Below are positions 57,773 to 64,000 of a DNA stretch of 64,000 nt, one piece after another. A program made the position numbers and the translations under genes. The notes beneath the pieces were generated by a model. That model was not told the DNA's origin. It saw nothing but the letters and a program-made list of their open reading frames with translations, and ran no database searches. The DNA lies in sequence record LC819006.1; one strand, 5' to 3'. Numbering within the stretch: position 1 is the first letter of the stretch; every line of letters starts with the position of its first letter.

Positions 57773-59493
57773 TAGTGCAGTGTCCTCGTATTAAACATTT
57801 TGTGCATCCGCGCCAGCTTAGCTGGGTCGGGTCTGCGAGCTTGTTCGCTGTAGTTGTACAGGTGATTCACCACCGACGACACGATCGGTTTGGGCAACGG
57901 CATGTTGTCGCCGATCTTGCGCGGGCCGGACAGTTTCCACGCACCGAAGTGCGGCGCCAGATAACGGAGTTCATCCGTCGTCCAGTTGTCCATGGTCAGG
58001 AAGCCGAACATCTGATCGCCATCGAAGTCAGCATTCGGGCCAGCCACCGAGATGATCGGATAGCTGATCGACATGATCTTCGGATTGGTCTTGATCTTGG
58101 TCACGAACATCCGCTGGATCGAAGTACGATACATGGACGGATTGCGACCGAAGATAACCGGAATACCGCGGCGAACTTTGATCTCGCGAAGCTCGATCTC
58201 TCCATTCTCCAGATACTTCGGTTTCATCTGACCATCGACAATTGAAGCTTCGATTGTCGGCGACAGTTCGTACGGCGACTCATCCAGAAGCTCGTCGAAG
58301 AGTTCTTCGAGCAGCGGATGATGGACGTGTGTATGCGCATTCAGGAAGTACGATGCGTCGTTGTGGCCAAAACCACGACGGAACAACTTACCCATCAAGT
58401 GCAGACGGAACGTCGTTACTGCCAGAGCCCACGGCAGGTGAATCTCGTCATGGTGATGCGGCTCCGTGAGCGAATTGATAACCGCACGGAAGCTGAACCA
58501 ACAGCGAGTTGCGTAAACGTGTTTCCGTACCAGGCCAGGTTTGCCGGCGATGAAGTTCTTTTCGTAATCACGCCCGAACTCGGACAATGCTTCCGAAAAC
58601 TTGGACGCACGGTTTTCCTTTTGGGCAACCGTATAGTCCTTGATATCGCTGTCGATACCGGAGATGTTCCGGACGGCATCGATAATCGTCTTCAACGTCG
58701 TATCCATGTAAGTACCGAACTTGGTGTTTTCAATCACCAGGATGGTCTTGTTGTGCACAGGTACGTGTTGCGAGAAGATGCGATCGCGATACATTGCGAT
58801 AAAGATCTGCATCTCCCTGAGTTTCTCCTTCTTGTCTCTCGTGGAACTGAATTGTGGAAATTCACAAAGCTGACCGATGATCCAGTCAAAGTTGTGATAG
58901 AAGAAGTTCAGCCCGCGCTCGATGCGGCGGTTTTCCAGTTCGTCCATCCACCGACCATGATGCTGGCGATTCGGACGATAGTCCGTATTCGTCAGATACT
59001 TGATGATGTTGAATTTCTGGTTGCTGTTGTTCGAGAGACTGAAGAAGTCCGACAGCAGACGCCAAGCCTGAGGATTGATCAGTGCATCGACGCCTTTAGG
59101 CGCTTCAACCCAGATGATGGGCTCAAGCGGTTTATCCAACACAGCCTGAACCGGCTGCTTACATTTTCGACAGACGGTCCCCTTACCGTTTCTGTCTACG
59201 TGATGCTGACCGAACGTATGCCCACACGAACATTTCGGAATCGTGTCAAGCAGATCGGTATCGTTGTACGTCACGAAGAAGTTTTCGTCGAAGGCCGACT
59301 TCTCCGTTTCCAGCGTGTCCAGTACCTTATTGACGATGATGGGGTCTGATGTTATCTGCGAGAATAACTCGTCATAGTTTTGCATTTCCAAATGTGTGCC
59401 CATCCAACCTCCTTCAAAGCACGATTGTAAAAGATTTCTACTGCAGTATCCAATAGATGATATATCGGTATACTTTTTTACATATAGAGACAT
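57772..59493 (-). CDS. non-virion RNA polymerase catalytic beta'-like subunit (phiKZ gp55-like)
   Basis: CSCG...CRKC zinc finger, GRNPS, GPNADFDGDQM; no intron. Confidence 0.93.
   Translation of the reverse strand: MSLYVKKYTDISSIGYCSRNLLQSCFEGGWMGTHLEMQNYDELFSQITSDPIIVNKVLDTLETEKSAFDENFFVTYNDTDLLDTIPKCSCGHTFGQHHVDRNGKGTVCRKCKQPVQAVLDKPLEPIIWVEAPKGVDALINPQAWRLLSDFFSLSNNSNQKFNIIKYLTNTDYRPNRQHHGRWMDELENRRIERGLNFFYHNFDWIIGQLCEFPQFSSTRDKKEKLREMQIFIAMYRDRIFSQHVPVHNKTILVIENTKFGTYMDTTLKTIIDAVRNISGIDSDIKDYTVAQKENRASKFSEALSEFGRDYEKNFIAGKPGLVRKHVYATRCWFSFRAVINSLTEPHHHDEIHLPWALAVTTFRLHLMGKLFRRGFGHNDASYFLNAHTHVHHPLLEELFDELLDESPYELSPTIEASIVDGQMKPKYLENGEIELREIKVRRGIPVIFGRNPSMYRTSIQRMFVTKIKTNPKIMSISYPIISVAGPNADFDGDQMFGFLTMDNWTTDELRYLAPHFGAWKLSGPRKIGDNMPLPKPIVSSVVNHLYNYSEQARRPDPAKLARMHKMFNTRTLH
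59457..59466 (-). promoter_or_regulatory. promoter-like core GATATATCAT inside the listed 5' end of the nvRNAP ORF
   Basis: Member of the motif family; if real, translation probably starts at the downstream Met of MGTHLEMQ or MQNYD. Confidence 0.45.
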
Positions 59494-59564
59494 CTATATA
59501 AAAAAACATACGGATAGATCAAAAGAAAAATCCGCAAGACTCGCTGGATTTTCCTCGACTGTCC

Positions 59565-59837
59565 TTAGTGGACAGTTGCCAATTGAAGTGGTTCCGATTG
59601 GTTGACGGTACGGTAGAGTGCTGCTTGTGTTGCATTGAGGTCATTCAGTTTCCGACGTCCGTAATCGTTTTCGATCATGAACATCGCTGTTGCAATTTCC
59701 ACAACCGGTATTTCAGGAAAAGCTTGCATGACTGCGAGAGTTGCTTCTCGAATCGTTTTACCTGCATCACGCTCTTTGTAATAAGCTTCGCGAATGTTAC
59801 CGAAACTCAGGAGAGCGGAACTTCTTATTGTGTTCAT
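59565..59837 (-). CDS. hypothetical protein, 90 aa, between chimallin and nvRNAP
   Basis: Start moved to MNTIR; separated from chimallin by a 14-bp UUCG hairpin at 59868-59899. Confidence 0.55.
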   Translation of the reverse strand: MNTIRSSALLSFGNIREAYYKERDAGKTIREATLAVMQAFPEIPVVEIATAMFMIENDYGRRKLNDLNATQAALYRTVNQSEPLQLATVH

Positions 59838-59930
59838 CTCAGTTCTCAAGTTGACGGCAAAAAAGAAAATAGAGAGAGTCCCGAAGGACTCTCTCTATTC
59901 AGTGGGTTACTACTGGCTTACGCCGGCAGC

Positions 59931-61877
59931 TTACCAGCGGTTGTCGTTGCGATCGGCGCGATCGTAGTAACGATCGTCGTAACGGTCACGCGACTGACGC
60001 TGATTGCGATACAGACCACCGCTACCCGGACGGGCCAGGATCGTATCGATGTTGCCATACGTGGTGCGATAGCGATCGCTGCCATCGCGGCTGCTCGACG
60101 TCGGGTTGAGCGACAGCTTGCAGCGGCTGATTGCTTCGATCAGCGCTTCGTCGAAACGGGTATCCCAGTTGTAACGCTGGAAGAAGCCCGTGATGACGGC
60201 GGTCGGCACGAAGTCACGGATGATTTCGTAGCGTTCCGATTGCGACAGCGTGTTGTCGTCATTCGAAGCTGCGGCCATGCCCCACTTCTGGATCAGGAGC
60301 AGGTCGTCTTCCTTTTCCGGACGCAGCATGTTCAGCAGCGCCAGATAGTCGAAGTCGCGCAGGTCGAGGCGCATGCCGCGATCGCCTTCCGTGTAGTAAC
60401 CGCCATGGATCCGCTCGACGTGGCTGTCGAGGATCGGTTCCGTACGGTCGTACAGGTCTTCGAAGTGACCGTCGGTCAGCACGCAGCACGCGTCGTAGAT
60501 GCGATCCATTGCCTTCTGGCTGCCTTGCGCAGCTGCCATCAGGTCGACATGTTGCCAGGTCGAGGAGCCGCATTCCGGCACGTCGATCGAGTGGATCACG
60601 CCGGGACGCACGGTCGTACGCAGCAGAGCCTGACGCTTCGCAGCGGTGAAGCTCGCGTTCTTCGTTTCCCAGCGCTCGCCGAAGCCGCGTTCCAGATCCT
60701 GGAGGTTGGGTTCGATGGCCAGCGCGCCGATGTTGCGCATGTCGTCTTCACCGACCGAGAGGTTCGGTTCGAAGGCACGCATGATCTCGGCCGATTCACC
60801 AACCGCATGAGCCGTCGCGTGAGCGAGCATCATGGTCGTCGGCGAGAAGTCGACGGTGTCGGTGAACGTGTTGATGAAGCGCAGTGCGTACAGCTGGCAT
60901 TCTTCGCTGCGACGATCGCCACGACGAGCGTACAGATCGTTGCGGCTCGACGCGCCGTCGGCCGGAGCGTAGACGAAGTCGAAGTAGCCGCCGACACGCG
61001 AGATGCGAGTGCCGGTAACCAGTTGGTCGATCGGGTCGCGGCTGTTACGGCCACGGTTTTCGCGCGAGACGAGATCGATGATCATGTCAGCACGGACCGG
61101 CAGATGGCCACGATCGTAGATGTGGTTCTGGCGGTGCTGGATGTGCACGCTGTTGAAGCTGTCGTCGTCGGACTTCAGGCACAGCTGAGGCGCGTCCGGA
61201 TCGTTGCGATCGATGGCCGTCTTGATGGCAGCGAACGAGTTCTTCACGCAATCGGCGATTGCCTGCGGATCGTCCTTGGCGGTCGGGAAACCACCGTAGA
61301 TGACTTCGGCATCTGCCGTGTACAGGTTTTCGTTCGGATACGCGTTGCCCAGAACTTCCTTCACGACGTCGCGAACCTTCGAGTCGTAGCCGTCGCCCGG
61401 CACTTGCACGACCGTCACGCGATTGCCGCGATAGCTTTCTTCACGCGGACGCAGCTCTTCGGCCGAACCGGCGAGCAGGAACGTGTGATAGCCGACGCCC
61501 AGCTTTTCCTTGCCACGCTTCTTGCCTGCGATGACGATGCAGGAGAACGGAATGCCGGCGACCGATGCGTCGATCGGGAACACCTGGCAGTCCAGCATGT
61601 TGTTGTCGGTCTTGGCCGGCATGGCTTCCACGAAGTCACGACGGAACACTTCGAGCGCTTCCGCCGTGCCCGTCATTGCGATCGGGGTCGGGTTCATGCG
61701 GCCGATGTTGCTCAGCGATGCCGTACGGATACTGCCGCTGGAGCGGCTTTCGTCACGGCGCGACGAGCGTTCTTCTTGTGCACGATCTTCTTGTTCGCGG
61801 CGGCTGCCACCTTGCTCTTGCGCACGGCGCATTGCGTCACGGACTTGCGATTGCTGATCTTTGCCTTCGATGCTCAT
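59931..61877 (-). CDS. chmA: chimallin, the major phage nuclear shell protein
   Basis: Collinear motifs match my recollection of 201phi2-1 gp105: AEALEVF, PVRADMII, DMRNIGAL, ETKNASF, LRDFDYLALLN, RFDEAL. Sits immediately upstream of the nvRNAP beta' gene; very biased codon usage; start MSIEG with an AGGA RBS. Confidence 0.9.
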   Translation of the reverse strand: MSIEGKDQQSQVRDAMRRAQEQGGSRREQEDRAQEERSSRRDESRSSGSIRTASLSNIGRMNPTPIAMTGTAEALEVFRRDFVEAMPAKTDNNMLDCQVFPIDASVAGIPFSCIVIAGKKRGKEKLGVGYHTFLLAGSAEELRPREESYRGNRVTVVQVPGDGYDSKVRDVVKEVLGNAYPNENLYTADAEVIYGGFPTAKDDPQAIADCVKNSFAAIKTAIDRNDPDAPQLCLKSDDDSFNSVHIQHRQNHIYDRGHLPVRADMIIDLVSRENRGRNSRDPIDQLVTGTRISRVGGYFDFVYAPADGASSRNDLYARRGDRRSEECQLYALRFINTFTDTVDFSPTTMMLAHATAHAVGESAEIMRAFEPNLSVGEDDMRNIGALAIEPNLQDLERGFGERWETKNASFTAAKRQALLRTTVRPGVIHSIDVPECGSSTWQHVDLMAAAQGSQKAMDRIYDACCVLTDGHFEDLYDRTEPILDSHVERIHGGYYTEGDRGMRLDLRDFDYLALLNMLRPEKEDDLLLIQKWGMAAASNDDNTLSQSERYEIIRDFVPTAVITGFFQRYNWDTRFDEALIEAISRCKLSLNPTSSSRDGSDRYRTTYGNIDTILARPGSGGLYRNQRQSRDRYDDRYYDRADRNDNRW

Positions 61878-61980
61878 TTTAGTGCTTTCCTGTTTTGGAA
61901 GAAATGAAAAGTAGATACGCGTACCAGAATTAGTCACGTACGATAAAGAATTGATCGCATTACTAACGCAGATCAACTTT

Positions 61981-61990
61981 GTAATATATC
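61981..61990 (-). promoter_or_regulatory. early promoter of chimallin, GATATATTAC
   Basis: Contains the exact phiKZ early consensus TATATTAC, with TTTCA upstream. Confidence 0.7.
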
Positions 61991-62178
61991 AATGAAATTT
62001 ATTTAAATCGCACGATATACCACAGCACGCGAACATAGGTGCTACAACATGCAGACGTTGTCATCTGCACAGTATAGGGGTAAAACAATAACTTTTTATT
62101 TCCCTGTACTTTGTCCCTGTCGCATGTTCATGCTATGACTCTGATTGCTAGAAAATTACCTAATACGGATGTGTTCGC

Positions 62179-63258
62179 ATGCTCAGCATCTTCAACGACC
62201 TTCAACCCAGGATGAAAGGTATCATCAGCTTTCCTGAATGGACATTCATTCGGGACGGTCTGATGATGAACCTGGACCACACCAACAAGTATTACCGCAG
62301 TGGTGCTTATGCGGTAGGTTCCGATCATGAACTGGTCAAGTTGTTGTTCGGTTTGACAACCAGTACGGATGAAGAACTGGCCACTTATTACAAACGCGTC
62401 GATGCAAAAGCATTGACGGTTGCTCAGCAATTGGGATTCACGACTTCTATCAGTAAGGGACGCATGTTCAACAATGTGTTCTTCTCCGGTAAAAGTCGAG
62501 AAGTCATCATCGTTCATAACGAAGACTTCGATCCCCAGCAAGTTACGGAGAACTGGCGTGATGCTCGTCCGATTCAAATCCTGCGTCATGGCTTTGACTT
62601 CATCGATTGTTTTCCTATGCAAGGGCAGTTGGAAAGCTCTGGAGTCAGCTGCTTCGCCATCAATCTGTCCATGCTCGGCGTGCAGTATCGAGCGTATCGG
62701 CAATGGCAAAAAAGCTACGTAACAGAAGAGACGGGTCGTAATTCGGTCTATCACTTCCTGTTCGCGTATCCACTGAACAACATGATTTATGACGCAATGG
62801 ATCATGCGGTGTTTAACCGTCTGGTACGTCTGAATCAGAATCTGCCTACGAGCGACAATCAGTATCGTCATCCGTTTCATGTGACGAACTTCGTGGGTCG
62901 TGTGGATCGAATCCTGGGGAAAGTTCTCGATACGCTTCGAAACAATCCTCTTGACTTTTACAACATCTGCGCCACGATCCCTCTGATCAATCAGGGCAGT
63001 TTGCTGGATCTCCTGAAGCTTCCGGACATCTACGAATCGCGGCAAATCAACTGGGCTATTTACATGGCGCGGATCGATATGCTGTTGTTCCTCCTGAGTT
63101 TTGATAACAACCTGAAGATGATGAACCAGAGCGAACTGAGCAAGATCAAGTACGCACTGAAACTGTACCTGAAAGACGGTACGATTCAGTCTGCTGTACC
63201 GCACGATCTGTTCGGCAAGCAAAAGATCGTCATCGAACGACTGGTTGAAAAGATGTGA
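62179..63258 (+). CDS. conserved phiKZ-like protein (gp52 position)
   Basis: 359 aa, divergent from chimallin as in phiKZ. Confidence 0.62.
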   Translation: MLSIFNDLQPRMKGIISFPEWTFIRDGLMMNLDHTNKYYRSGAYAVGSDHELVKLLFGLTTSTDEELATYYKRVDAKALTVAQQLGFTTSISKGRMFNNVFFSGKSREVIIVHNEDFDPQQVTENWRDARPIQILRHGFDFIDCFPMQGQLESSGVSCFAINLSMLGVQYRAYRQWQKSYVTEETGRNSVYHFLFAYPLNNMIYDAMDHAVFNRLVRLNQNLPTSDNQYRHPFHVTNFVGRVDRILGKVLDTLRNNPLDFYNICATIPLINQGSLLDLLKLPDIYESRQINWAIYMARIDMLLFLLSFDNNLKMMNQSELSKIKYALKLYLKDGTIQSAVPHDLFGKQKIVIERLVEKM

Positions 63259-63259
63259 A

Positions 63260-63295
63260 CATATACCACTCTGGCGTAAGCCAGAGTGGTATATG
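63260..63295. terminator. perfect 16-bp hairpin at a convergent junction
   Basis: CATATACCACTCTGGC-GTAA-GCCAGAGTGGTATATG. Confidence 0.72.
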
Positions 63296-63298
63296 GGC

Positions 63299-64000
63299 TT
63301 ATGGGTCTGGTGTGAAATTCGACGTGTATTTCGCGTAACTGTACATCTTGAAGTTATCAAGGTTTCCAATCCACGGGAACTCGGTCGTCGCGCCATTGGC
63401 TGTTTCAGAAATACAACCGATGGTCAGTATCTTCGTATTCAGTGAAAAAGCGGAAGCATTGAAAGTTGTACTTCCGTTCGCAACACCATTCTGATAGATG
63501 GTGAAGACATTACCCTGCTTAACGAACGCAGCATGGTATTTGGTATTCAGGTTGAAACTGTTCGTGGCACCAACGATGGTCAAATGGTTATCGTTTTGTC
63601 CGACGCTATAAAACAGCCCAAGCTTCTGGGAACGTCCAGTTGCATAAAGGGCATAGCCGTTATCGTTGTGATTTCCAAACGTGAAGAAGACAGCTTGACC
63701 AAAGTTGCCTTGCTTCAGATTGTAAAAATAGAATTCGAATGTGAAATCACTGACGAACGGATTAAAATTCCAAGGCGTCGTATCTGTTCGAAGATACGTT
63801 GTCGCCGGAGTAACGTTCGTCGATGCAAACAATGCATTCTGGGATCCAGACAATGCAGGCGTGCTCGCGAGTGTTACTCCTGTGTTTGTGATCGGCCACG
63901 CGTTCGGGCTCTTGTCTGTGAAGTCGCCTTCAAAATCAAGATTCAAGAGCGCTGGCGGTGTAGCTATTTTCTTTTTATAAAGGAGATTGGCACCTAGCAT
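63299..64000 (-). CDS. LamG / concanavalin A-like lectin domain protein
   Basis: LLNLDFEG..DKS, DFTFEFYFY, YHAAFVK.GNVFTIYQNG, GNLDNFKMY: the LamG-type pattern. The ATG falls exactly at the window edge. Confidence 0.82.
   Translation of the reverse strand: MLGANLLYKKKIATPPALLNLDFEGDFTDKSPNAWPITNTGVTLASTPALSGSQNALFASTNVTPATTYLRTDTTPWNFNPFVSDFTFEFYFYNLKQGNFGQAVFFTFGNHNDNGYALYATGRSQKLGLFYSVGQNDNHLTIVGATNSFNLNTKYHAAFVKQGNVFTIYQNGVANGSTTFNASAFSLNTKILTIGCISETANGATTEFPWIGNLDNFKMYSYAKYTSNFTPDP

Noticed and set aside
43021-59493. Inteins, introns or homing endonucleases in the RNAP and helicase genes
   Set aside because: The ORFs are continuous and of expected size; no HNH, LAGLIDADG, GIY-YIG or intein splice motifs were seen.
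59931-61877. Major capsid protein as the identity of the highly biased 648-aa ORF
   Set aside because: Its motifs and its position next to the nvRNAP beta' gene match chimallin, and it has an early promoter.
1-64000. Stop-codon reassignment (alternative genetic code)
   Set aside because: The standard code gives full-length, tightly packed genes with intact catalytic motifs.

Overview
This window is part of a lytic jumbo phage genome of the phiKZ-like, nucleus-forming group (Chimalliviridae). The right half carries chimallin (59931-61877), three non-virion RNA polymerase beta/beta' subunits (one with NADFDGD), the probable sigma-like subunit and PicA/Imp1 import factor (both placed by gene order only), an SbcD/Mre11 nuclease and an SF2 helicase. 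The left half is the conserved virion block: tail/baseplate proteins and head proteins with A/S-x-E protease sites. The middle holds a virion RNAP beta' subunit, the N-terminal half of a split family-B DNA polymerase and a dTMP kinase. phiKZ gp numbers are inferred from gene order and remembered motifs, not from a database search. The least explained part is an accessory island at 32.9-40.3 kb. It contains an acyl-carrier-protein-like ORF (DSL motif), a ~480-nt highly structured non-coding region, a second ~130-nt structured element sharing the motif UGUGGUGA with it, a 438-aa acidic low-complexity protein and a DUF3307-like membrane protein. Other points of interest: a DUF4326 domain fused in frame to the polymerase with an internal RBS; long hairpins followed by TATG at gene ends; Arg/Asp mixed-charge tails on chimallin and the gp70-position protein; an SSB-like tail ending DDISF; and three lectin-fold proteins sharing an N-terminal LL-x-KKK tag. 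I saw no CRISPR array, tRNA, rRNA, integrase, intron or intein.
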